Source: Octopus sinensis (taxonomy: Eukaryota). From it: 64,000 bases of DNA. The position numbers and the translations under genes were made by a program. Positions 12,950-24,919 of the stretch are shown piece after piece (position 1 is the stretch's first letter; each line of letters starts with the position of its first letter). Location of the stretch: contig NC_043014.1 of the NCBI RefSeq assembly GCF_006345805.1, positions 23,932,001 through 23,996,000 on the forward strand, read 5' to 3'. The notes beneath the pieces are model-generated. The model did not search any database. It worked only from the letters and a program-made list of their open reading frames with translations, and had not been told where the DNA came from.

Positions 12950-13125
12950 ATTCTTTTACTTGTTTCAGTTATTTAACTGCAGCCATGCTGGAGCACCGCC
13001 TTTAATCAAACAAATTGATCCCTGGACTTATTCTTTGTAAGCCGAGTACTTAATCAATTGGTCTCTTTTGCTGAACCACTAAGTTATGGGGATGTAAACA
13101 TACCAACATCGGTTGTTAAGTGATG
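12950..13125 (-). mobile_element. SINE fragment (cephalopod-type)
   Basis: TTCTTTTACTTGTTTCAG...CATGCTGGAGCAC is the reverse complement of the SINE tail at 62440-62545. Confidence 0.7.
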
Positions 13126-14507
13126 GTTTATTGCCGTTTTTGCCTTTGACAAACCAGTGTAGTGAACGACCGTATGTAAAGGAGTTGGTGACAGAAATGT
13201 CTCCTTTCAAACGCCACACAGTTGTCCCACAACTAAGAATAAAGCTGAATACATGGTATAAAAGAATATGTGCCAAAGGAAGACAACAACCGTTCTACTG
13301 TTTGAGAGAAAGAAGACTTTATTTACAGAAGTGTACAATAAGAGTGAGTATGGGTGCTAGCAGAGGGAAGTGCCTGAGTGCGTGCGACATATGTGTCTGT
13401 TGTAAGTGTTATAAGAGTGTTATACAGAGCAAAGAAATAATGTCCAGACACAAGATAGAGATAAATTTACCAGTTCGTAGTAAGGTTACACAATAGTTGT
13501 AGTCCTGTACAAGAAGTTGAGGTTACAAGGCAGAATCGGTTACTACACATGTTGTGTAGAGGTTGTGACTACTATGCTGTGCCAGTTTACTTGATACAGG
13601 AAATTCTCGCAGGTAGTTCTGGCTATTAACCTTAGTGAAGTAGTCACAAACAGTGAGAAGTTAAACCTGAGTGAATGTTGGCATCAAAGTGAAGTCGACG
13701 ATGATGATGGGGACAGTGAGATGAAGGCAACGGTGGTGGAAAATATCCTGCTTGATGGTGTATGTTGGTGTAGTTGCTGGCTGGAGCAGGAACATGACTG
13801 GGTTGCTGAAACTGGCTGGTCTGCTCTGTCACAGCTGCTGTATGGTCAATGGCCAGAGACCAAAGACCTTGATTCACTGGATCGCTGGGTTTTTATAACA
13901 TTCTAGAGGCTCCAGAAGAAAATCCAAAAGACTGTGTCATGGGACCTTATCCTAAGACCGTAATTGGTTGGCTTACACACTGACGTGAAATGAAACTGCA
14001 TGAAAACCAACCAATCAGAGTAGCGGACATAACTGAGCCTAAGCAGCTGAAAGATGGTTGCTATCTAACACAACATCATTTCTATGATCTCCCTCAAACA
14101 GTGAGGATATCACCAATTTACGCAACATGTGTCTCCATATTCAGTGCTATCTTTAGTTGCAACTGAAGGTGGCACTGTATTTAAATTGATGTAATGCTTG
14201 CATTGTTCAATTAAATGGAGCCGCTTGAAACAGTCGTATTGCACTAATACTTGACATCCTGTTACTTATTTTGATATTATTTACCTTACTTCGAGCTATG
14301 CAGATAATACTGGATTGACTTGGTGCTTCAACTTAAGTACCTAATTTAATTGAATCTTAATTATTTCTTAAAAATATAGTCAATTTAAGAATATAGTATC
14401 CTCTTTAGGGATTATAAAATCCAGAGATCAACTGGTGTTATCATGATATTTTGAGAGAATTCTCTTAATATAAAGGGATAATCAGTCTAATGTACATTTA
14501 TTAATAA

Positions 14508-14760
14508 AAGGAAATGGAGAAAAAATATTGTGGATACTTATTTTATTTGTATTACAATAAGAATATAGCGAATAGTTTAATACAAATAAAATTTAAATGA
14601 ACATACATTAACATAAAATAAGCATAAGAGGTGCCTATTCTTATGCTTATTTTATGTTAATGTATGTTCATTTAAATTTTATTTGTATTAAACTATTTGC
14701 AGTGTTCTAATTGTGATACAAATAAAATAAGTATCCACAATATTTTTTCTTCGTTTTCTT
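14508..14760 (+). repeat. Long inverted repeat / foldback hairpin (123-bp stem, 7-nt loop)
   Basis: Position i pairs with 29268-i; the inner 59 bp (14571-14629 with 14639-14697) is perfect Watson-Crick. Confidence 0.97.
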
Positions 14761-14929
14761 ATATCGATATATATATATATATCATGAACACTTAATGGAT
14801 ACATATGGTAAAATAGGCATAAATTTTTACATTGTAACGTTTTTGACACTTCGCAGATTATTTTATATCATAGTGGTTAAATCTGAATTGATTTTTACCT
14901 TTTAAAATGAGTTTCAATCAGTCCTATAT

Positions 14930-15960
14930 CAAACACTGCATGGTGTATGAATTTAAGAGGGATGCTTAAGCAATGGAAGCAGCAAGAAATATTTGTTCTA
15001 TCTATGAAAATGAACCTTTAAATTTCCAGATGCACCAATGATGGTTTGGCCAACCTCACTTGGGAAATTTTGTTCTTGCAGTTTACACTCAATCTGGATG
15101 AAAAAGTTCTGAAAACTGTGGTTGAGGAAAATCCAAAGCAACCTGCACAAGAGTAAGCAAATGGTTCAATTTAAGTTGCATGTCAACCATAAAACCCCTT
15201 CACATGTCTAAACTTTGTCAGTGGGTCCCTCATCATCTGACTACTCAGTTTAATCAAATAATTTCCCTTCTCATTGAAGCATAGACTTTCTACCAAACCT
15301 TTGCTAAGTAGAATCATCACAAGTGATGAAAAGTGAGTTCTCTATAATCATAATGCAATAGAAATGGCAATGGTTAACCCCCAATGGAAAAGGAGAATCC
15401 ATCCCCAAACCAGGACTACACTTGAAAAAAAGTTATGCTGTGTTTAGTGGGATATGAAGGGAGTTGATTATCATGAAGTGTAAAACTAAAATGAAAGAGA
15501 AGTAATGTTGTCCATTAGAAACATTGCACAAAAATTTTCAGAAAAAGCACCCATCATTGGTTGGTTGTAAAGAGACATTGCTCTTATACAATAAAGCAAG
15601 ACCACATATTGTCCAAGTCACTGAGGAAAAGATTATGACACTGAATATGGAAGTTCTGCTTCATCTTCCTTACTACCCTGACCTTCCTCCATCTGACAAT
15701 CTTCTTTTCAAATCATTGCAATATTATTTCGGAAAAAAGCAGTTTATTAATTGTGAAGAGGTTAAAAATGATATTCAGAGTTTCTTTGCTTCAAAACCTG
15801 AAAAATTTTATGCCCAAGGGATCCACAATTTGCCCAAATTGATGCATTTAAGTTATCAATAATGAAGGAAAATATCTTGATTAAGTATATCAAGCATGAC
15901 TAAAGAAGCATTTGTTTCTTTCCCAGCTTGAAATTTGATAGGATTTTCTTTCTAACCTAA
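14930..15960 (+). mobile_element. Decayed mariner transposon, second family; right end retained
   Basis: N-terminal YEFKR..A.EAARNIC, WVPHHL (~15220), RIITSDEK, YNKARPH and YYPDLPPSD motifs. Ends ...CTAACCTAA|TA. Left TIR not found. Confidence 0.88.
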
Positions 15961-16067
15961 TATATATGTATGTGTGTGTGTGAGTGGGTGGATGTATGTA
16001 TGCACATATATGTATGCATGTATTTATTTTTCTTTGAGTTTTACTAAATTCTTCTTAAGAGAGTTAA

Positions 16068-16277
16068 CTCTTTAGTGGCCATATCTAGCCAAAATATTCT
16101 ACCTGCTTTATGTCCAAACTGGCCAGATTTTACCTGTCAGACCTATCCTACAATGTCAACCTAAAAATAAGCTACGCTATCATCAAAATCTTGAAACTAC
16201 AAGACTATGCATGATTAATTTAAACAATGTGAATAAATAAGCATTACTTTTGACAGAGTAATCTGAATGCTAAAGAG
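16068..16277. mobile_element. piggyBac-type MITE
   Basis: TTAA|CTCTTTAG ... CTAAAGAG|TTAA (TSDs 16064-67 and 16278-81). A related partial copy lies at ~32010-32210. Confidence 0.75.
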
Positions 16278-16439
16278 TTAAGGCTGGTCACTAATGAAGC
16301 ATGACTTTTTTTTAGTTAAGAAAGTTCCTGGTGCTTGTAAATATGTGGCTTGTTGGTTGAGCTGTTGATGCACACACCCAAGTATGTGCATCGATTCATT
16401 TAAGGAATTTCAGATGTCAAGCCTCCTTTGAGTCACAAG

Positions 16440-16845
16440 CATCTCAGATGGAGAATCTTTGGAATGTCTCACAAATCTTCACTGTATTGGATTTGGTGAA
16501 TCAACGTTAGTTTCTTTTGCTCTCTCTTTGAAAAACCTAGTATTTCAAGGTTTTTGTATAAATTTATTGGTACACAGCTTAATGCGCTTATGATAGTTAG
16601 TAATGAGAATTCATAGTCAGGGCACAAGAGCTGTAAGCTCTGCATTACTTCATCATAAATGTTTTCTTGTTCCTGGTCTTTTGATTGTACATTCACATCC
16701 GCGAGGCAGCTTACCTCTACAATAGTGCAAGACTTTTATTCCCTGTCCAAACAGAACAACATCAGGTCTATTATGTTTGCACCGAATTGCTGTTTTTATT
16801 GTAGTGTTCCATCTGTATTCCTTGTTTTAAAGGAGTGAATACCTA
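16440..16845 (-). mobile_element. R4/Dong-like LINE 3' fragment
   Basis: CKHNRPDVVL...TIVEVSCLADVNVQSKDQEQENIY; homologous to 6130-6420. Confidence 0.8.
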
Positions 16846-17499
16846 CAGGTTCTGACATGCTTTTGATGTATAGGTCAGGGCAAACTTGCGGATAACGTTA
16901 TAAATAGTCTTCGTAACTGTACGTACGTATGTACAGACAGACTGACAGATAGATATACAGATAAACAGAAACAGATGCAGCTCGAGAGAGAGAGAGAAAG
17001 ACACGTGGGGGTGGGGAGAATAGTAGAATTGCCATTGAGAGTTGTAAAGAATAGTGATGAAATACTTATCGAAGAACAACAAGGTAAGACAACCTCGTAT
17101 AATGTTTATTACTGACACTTCCGCTTTCTATTAACAGCTGTCTGTTACTATCTCTCATCCTCCCTTTCATACTCTCTCTCTTTGTTTACTATTTACTCTT
17201 CTCTCACTCTCTTCCTTATTTTAAAATTTTATCTTTAGAAAAGTCTCTCAATCGTTTTCCCTTTCTTACACTCATTCCCCACATTTTCTTACTCCGTTTT
17301 TACCTTCTCTCTTTTCCCCCAACTCTTTTACATTTTATTCTACCCACTTTATACTCTTTCTCTTTCATCAGTTTTTCCCGTGTTCTTCCACTCTACTTCT
17401 CTCAATATCTCCCACGCACTCTGTTGCTCCACCCACCTTCATCAGTACCACCATCACTCCCTTCATCTTTATTTTCTCTATATTGATTTGCTATCCTCA

Positions 17500-17715
17500 A
17501 TTTCCCTTCGCCTAATCGTTGCTGTCATTGCATAATCTCTCTCTCTCTTACTCTTTCTCTCTCTCCTATTGTTCGTCGTCGTCTTTTCTCATTCAGCAAT
17601 TCTTTTGACTTTATTTAGGCGTTCGTTCGGCCAGTCGGGATGAAGTCGGAAATCTTCATTTTACGGTGATGCGTATCATTACTACTATTATTATTCGTCG
17701 TCTTCACCTGCACAA
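17500..17715 (+). promoter_or_regulatory. Probable promoter/5' UTR of the SNX gene
   Basis: CpG-retaining, non-repetitive sequence immediately before the ATG, preceded by a long pyrimidine tract (~17150-17480). The transcription start cannot be placed from sequence alone. Confidence 0.45.
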
Positions 17716-18154
17716 ATGGCTTCTCTTTTAAGGAAATCATTTATCAACCAGTATCTAGATAAGGAAACTAATAAATCCGATTCAGAGCGGAGCAACAGCT
17801 TCATTGCGGCTACAGATGCTGATAGTGCTACAGGAAGATGTTCACCGCAACCCTCGCCGTTTCGCTCTCATCTTGCGCCAACAATATCAATACCAACTTC
17901 ATCACCGACTCAAACATCGCCACTGCTTGGACTTTCGCCAGTGCTGACCCCAAATGACAACCATCAAATGCGTTGGCATTGGTCACCCAACAGCCCCTGT
18001 CAAACAGTGAATGAACCATTATTCATGTCCGACCAAGAGGAACTAGCGTCCCTTGCAGACGAAATGGATGATGATAACTTCGCGAACCTGGGGACTTTGT
18101 CATTTTCAGAAGATGAAGAAGCTCGAAATTCTGCCACTGATATCGTCAAGACAG
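17716..18154 (+). CDS. SNX21: Sorting nexin 20/21-like, coding exon 1 (Ser/Pro/acidic N-terminus)
   Basis: ATG ORF MASLLRKSF...ATDIVKT; donor CAG|GTGCTT in phase 1 joins in frame to exon 2 (G+AA = Glu). SNX21 has a similarly low-complexity acidic N-terminus. Confidence 0.8.
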
Positions 18155-18299
18155 GTGCTTATCCATGCATATATACATATATGTACGTACGTAGATAAAT
18201 GATACACATAGATTCGAACATACCCACCCATCCACATATGCATGTGTGTGTGTTGTCTATCTATGTGTTAGTGGGTGTATATATACATACGCACACACA

Positions 18300-19029
<730 letters not shown>

Positions 19030-19050
<21 letters not shown>

Positions 19051-19629
19051 CACACACGTGCAGGTATATAAGTGTTTAAGCGAACATACCTGTATATTTT
19101 TATATTTGCGTGTGTGCATTACGTAGACATGCATGTAAATTATACAAAAAGATTTTCAAGTATAAAGTGAAAAAGCTCTCAATACTATATAGAATGTAAA
19201 ATTGATAGTGCTAAATGTAATACCTGTGTGTGTGTATGTATGTACGCTTGAGTGTGTATATATACAAAATGTTTCTTTTTACGCCCGTAATAATTTTTTT
19301 CATTATATCTTTAGACATTTTCTTTAGAAATAGATTATTTTATGCACATATGTATTAATTTCCACCTCTCTCTCTCTCCCTCACATATATACATATGTAG
19401 ATAAATGCACAAAAATAATTTATATATCCTAAAAGAAATTTCTATACCTAATTGAGAAGTATCACTTCCGTAAAAGTATATTTCATACGATATATGTATG
19501 TATGCATGCATGTGCGTATGTATTAATGTGTGTGCGCGCGCGCACAAATAACGCATGCACAAATGTGTATTGATAAATGTATGCTTATATAAACATATAT
19601 ATATATATATACATATATATTATATATAT

Positions 19630-19696
<67 letters not shown>

Positions 19697-20287
19697 TATA
19701 TATACACACATATATATATATAGATATATATATATATACACATACACACACGTGCAGGTATATAAGTGTTTAAGCGAACATACCTGTATATTTTTATATT
19801 TGCGTGTGTGCATTACGTAGACATGCATGTAAATTATACAAAAAGATTTTCAAGTATAAAGTGAAAAAGCTCTCAATACTATATAGAATGTAAAATTGAT
19901 AGTGCTAAATGTAATACCTGTGTGTGTGTATGTATGTACGCTTGAGTGTGTATATATACAAAATGTTTCTTTTTACGCCCGTAATAATTTTTTCATTATA
20001 TCTTTAGACATTTTCTTTAGAAATAGATTATTTTATGCACATATGTATTAATTTCCACCTCTCTCTCTCTCCCTCACATATATACATATGTAGATAAATG
20101 CACAAAAATAATTTATATATCCTAAAAGAAATTTCTATACCTAATTGAGAAGTATCACTTCCGTAAAAGTATATTTCATACGATATATGTATGTATGCAT
20201 GCATGTGCGTATGTATTAATGTGTGTGCGCGCGCGCACAAATAACGCATGCACAAATGTGTATTGATAAATGTATGCTTATATAAAC

Positions 20288-20300
<13 letters not shown>
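19030..20300 (+). repeat. Near-identical tandem duplication (~570 bp unique plus TA tract, period ~694 bp)
   Basis: CAGGTATATAAGTG at 19061 and 19755; in the stretches compared I saw only a T7/T6 homopolymer difference outside the TA tracts. Confidence 0.92.
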
Positions 20301-20323
<23 letters not shown>

Positions 20324-20324
20324 T

Positions 20325-20480
20325 TGTATCTTTACATTCTGAGTTCAAATTCCGCCGAGGTTGACTTTGCCTTTCATCCTTTCGGGGTCGATAAATTAAG
20401 TACCAGTTGCGTACTGAGTTGAATCTAATCAACTGACCCCCTCCCCCAAAAATTTCGGGCCTTGTGCTTCATGTAGAAAT
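20325..20480 (+). mobile_element. tRNA-derived SINE, partial
   Basis: B-box GAGTTCAAATTCC plus central GCCTTTCATCCTTTCGGGGTCGATAAATTAAGTACCAG; same family as 40140-40385 and 34240-34545. Confidence 0.85.
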
Positions 20481-21149
20481 GGATAAATGTATGTTTATAT
20501 ATGTCTGGTGTTCTATAAAAAGCACTCAATACTATATAGAATGTACGTTTACGTACACATACGTGCATACATAAAAAATGATACGTACATATATATACAT
20601 GCATTTAACCTTGTCAACTTTTCTATCAACTTGCTTTTATTATAGTATTGCTAGTTCAATGTATGTAGTCAAAATAGGAATGTGCGTGTAAGTGCGTGTT
20701 CATTATTTTGCCGAGATACTTTAGTGTTGATATCTTTCAATGTGTTCCAAATCGGTAGTTTTTGCTTGGCTCTTGAAGAAATACATAATACCCTCAACGT
20801 CCACCTCTGTAAAACAAGCTAATGGAAAACCTGCCACCAAAGAATCAAAATCAATACTATCGTCTAACATTGACACCACAACCATAGTTATCATTTTCTA
20901 CTGGCATAATAACAGTAACTTCATTTGCCTCCAGGATGATGGATGAGGGGGCAAAGTTTTACACGTCTAAAATGGGGGTTTACTTTGAAAAATCCAATGA
21001 AAAAAAAAACATGAAATAAAAGTATGGATGGTATACAAATAATGAAAGATAATGATACAACCTGATCCAGGAGGACTTTCATCTAGGGCCATTCAAAGGC
21101 CTCCACAGATATAAAATCACATTGAATGCCAAGGGTAAGATCCCTCTGT

Positions 21150-22020
21150 AAATGCTGTTCTTAAACTTAGAACAGTGTCATCAACTCTTGCCATGATTCA
21201 CCACTTACACTAACTCTTCAAATTATTTATTCTAGGAGACCACCTCCTTTCGCTGTCCTTATTCTCATTTCCCCGTGAAACCAGAAGGCTCTACCAAAGA
21301 GCAAAGTCTCTGTCCTCAGACCTTTCAACCTTGTCCACCACTCAACTTCTTTCATTATAGTCACCAGACAAAAGAAAATTGCCTTCCCTGCCCAGTTAAA
21401 GGAAGCTTGCAGGGCAATCATCACAATGGACTCTGCTGATAGCCTGATCCACCCAACATGCAACAGCATCTGTTCAGCATAATTCCAAAAGTCATCAATG
21501 ACCAGACATTGCATGCAGAATGGTTTTATTGCTTTGTGTGAAAACAGGTCTGCCTATAGAGTTGATCTTGAACTGATAGAGCCTCTCGCTAACACTGGCA
21601 AGCTAAGGACTTCAAGAAGTTATCCATGAGCCCTTGAACTGAAAATCCTATAGACCAGTCAAACCAATTCATTTTTATCAATACTCAGAGCTTCCTCAAG
21701 AATGTTTTTACTCTTCCCTACTACTAATTCTCTATAAATTGCTAGAGTGGAACATCCACCAATCCTGTTGCCCAGTTGACAGAGGGCTGAGTGCCCAACT
21801 TCATTATAAACTTCAGGTGCCCAGATTCACCTTTGGCTACATCCAAGACTGCAGCTCCATATGGAAAAGTATGTCTCATGGACTGTGACCACACCTAATT
21901 ACTGTCTAGGAATCCATGTTGGTGGCGCAACCTCAGTGTCGACAGATCAGCAGCCATCGCATGCCTAGCTTGCCAGATTGAGGGTGCCAACTAGTGGAAT
22001 ACATCCTTTTTAGAACTTGA
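21150..22020 (-). mobile_element. Decayed Tx1/L1-clade LINE 3' region
   Basis: Translation ...DDFWNYAEQMLLHVGWIRLSAESIV...KEVEWWTRLKGLRTET resembles the LINE C-terminus also present at 62620-63260. Confidence 0.6.
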
Positions 22021-23498
22021 ATAGTAGATGCTCCAATCTAATCACATAGTAATTGGAGCAAAGCTTGATAGTTAGGTAAACAATACTGGAGATGCTAATA
22101 CTTTTTTATATAGGCACAAGGCTAGAAATTTAAGGGGAGGATGTAATTGACTTGGATAGGGTTAACACATTTCACATAATTCTACCATTGATACTCAATG
22201 CAAGGTAGGCTTTGCTGTTGGGCTGAAAACTGAGCTATATCAAATGTTATACTTTGGAAATTTCTGCACCCTAACAGATAACAAGACTACTCAACTATCA
22301 TTATCATTTATCATCCATTTTTCCATTTTATCTGATGCTTACCAAATAACATTTCTTAGTAACTTCCTACTAAATCTCAAGACCAGAAATTTGGTAGGAA
22401 TGTATCATTGATTACATTAACCCCAGTAATTAACTGGTACTTTAATTTATCAATCATGGAAGATCAAATGCCACAGTTAACCTCAGCAGGATTTGAACTC
22501 TGAAAGGACCATAACTAAAACCCTCTTGGGAGTATGTCCAATGGTCTAAAAATACTGACTATTCATTAAATAATTATATAGGTTGATGGAAAGAATCAAA
22601 AGGTTTACATTATCTGCATTTGATATCTGTTTTGAGTTCACATTCTGCTTTAGTTATCTATGTTTTATGTCTCCCACCTACCTATGGGGGTATTGATGAC
22701 ATATGTACCAGTAATATATTAGTACACAATTCAATAGATCATACCTGTCTCCTTCCAAGATTGGCAATGTGCCGAATCAAAGGAAGCTTCTATCAAATTG
22801 CAGCAACAACCATACAGTATCAGTATCCCAGGCCCTTTCTGTTCCTGCATATAGAGCCACAGACACTTTTTATTGGTTTTTATCTAGAGGAAGGGGTCTT
22901 ATCTATTACTTTTGGTAAATCATGAACCTCACATTTTATTTCCCCACCTCCAGTACCTCCAATATAAATTAGAATAAGAAAAGCAAACAAAACAAAACAA
23001 CCTACCTTTCTATCTACATACATGTATGCATATATACTTACTAACTCATACCCTACTGGAGTTGATTCCTTCACCTCTGTTGTTCTTCAGCTGTGATAAA
23101 TCAAAGGCATTCCAGCCATGATCAATTTGTCAAAATCAAGGGATAGTCTGTGCAACTTAGGCAATCTCACACAATTTTTTGAATAGTTATTTTTAGTTTT
23201 GTTGCTGATATTTACACCTTTTGATGATATAAATAGGCAAAAGATATACACACAATAATAAGGAAAACACTTGCCTTACCAACACCAATACATTACTGGT
23301 ACATACTGAATCTACAACACAGTCACTTGAATAGCTATAAAGAGCAACCAGATCTTTCTTGAATCATACTCCACTGACTTTAAAAAAAAGCAAGGATACA
23401 TTAAAGATAATGTGGTACTATATACTCCTAAAAAGGGTGATGGTCATGGCAGGAATGTATTTGATCATAGATCTGTCAAACAGAATTGTCCTAGAGCT

Positions 23499-23765
23499 AC
23501 TCGGAATCTTGGGGTTAGTAGCCCACGTTTTTAACCCCAAGATTCCGAGTTCATTTCCAGGCAGTGACTTGAACAATAATAATAATAATAATAACAACAT
23601 CAAAAAATACCTTAGGGATGAGAACCCAGGTTTGAAATTTCCCCAAGACACCTGATGAAGGCTGGAGGGTATATCAGCCAAAACGTTGTGTTAACAAACA
23701 AGATGAGGACAAATAGCCGTCAATTGTAAATAATGTACATAATTTCTCATCTCTTAAATATAGAA
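23499..23765 (+). mobile_element. Short element with tRNA-like head, (AAT)n linker and minimal hammerhead motif
   Basis: B-box-like GAGTTCATTTCC (~23547), (AAT)n at ~23576-23594, hammerhead-like core at 23647-23692, and a 19-bp perfect inverted repeat at the 5' junction. Confidence 0.55.
23647..23692 (+). ncRNA. Minimal type I hammerhead ribozyme remnant (G12 mutated to A)
   Basis: GACAC-CUGAUGA-A-GGCUG(loop)CAGCC-AAAA-CGUU-GUGUU: stem I GACAC/GUGUU, stem II GGCUG/CAGCC, palindromic AACGUU stem III. Confidence 0.65.
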
Positions 23766-24919
23766 CTGTATTATCTAAATTGTCTTTGTTTTTAAGACAA
23801 AAAAGCATGGTTTGAAGATTTGAATAAAATCATGTCACCATGTAGAAGCTTCCTTGTCGTTTTCAAATTTTTTTAGCTGTATACCATTGGGCAAGACACA
23901 ACTTTCTGTTTCTAGTTTGCCTGATTGATAAAAACAAGTTGAAAGGGCATGCAGCTTAATTACTAACTCAACTCATGCAAGTAAAGAAAAATGAGTGCAA
24001 ATAATAAAAAGAGTGGGCAAGTGTTAACAATAATAGTTGCAAAAGAAAAATTAACTGAACACATGGGTGCAAGCATGATGACTGTGAGGGAATAAGAAAT
24101 TTGTTTCGGATACACTCCCACTTCATTGCTCTTTGCACAATTGCCTTCTACCAAAGTCTCATGAATGGATTTTGGTACATGTGAGCTGTGTAGAAGCTTG
24201 TTTCATAATATTGTGGTTTTGGGTTTCATCCTACAGCATGGCACTTTGAGCAAGTGTCTTCTACTAGAAATTCTAGTTGCCCTCTAAGTGAAATTTGGTC
24301 AATGGAAACTGTACAAAAGCTTGTTAGGTATATATTTGTTTTACATATTTTCCCCTGTCAGTAAGATTTGGATGATTATTTATTACTGGGGCATTATTAC
24401 AACCATTTCTCTTTCCTGCCAGTCACCTATATCTGTTTTCCAAGTAAATAATTTTTTATTTTTCAAAAGTAGAGCTGCAGGATGATTTATGTCAACATAA
24501 CTTCAAATTTGTTGGGGTGAATATAAGTGGAGTGATACCAAGGATTGGACTGGGTGAGTGGGCAAGGGAAAATTCCGTAAGATTGTGAGGGGAAATGGTT
24601 AGATGGGATTGAGGTAATGGAAGGTGAGAGGTATAGGAGTGGTTCAGGGGTTTGTTGTTAAATATGTGAGGATATTGGGAGTGAGAGGATATGAAAGAGG
24701 TGTTAAGGATGGAGTATAGCAGAGAAGAGTGAGAATGGCTGGAGGAAGATATGAGGCAAGGAAGTGGTTCTGAAATGGGAGGAAAGAGGAAGGTAATGAA
24801 AGGGAGGAAGAATGTCTATAGTATGTGCCTATTTTGCTCTCTAGATGGATGCTGGATAATATCAGAGATAAAGAGGTGATAAGTATTAAGGAATGAGATG
24901 TGAAGGAAGATTGACAAGG

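Noticed and set aside
13130-14050. Possible LTR or DIRS remnant
   Set aside because: Looks repeat-like, but I found no paired LTR, primer-binding site, polypurine tract or coding motif.
18155-18198. Extension of the 160-aa ORF beyond 18154
   Set aside because: Intronic read-through; splicing at 18154 gives the in-frame PX domain.
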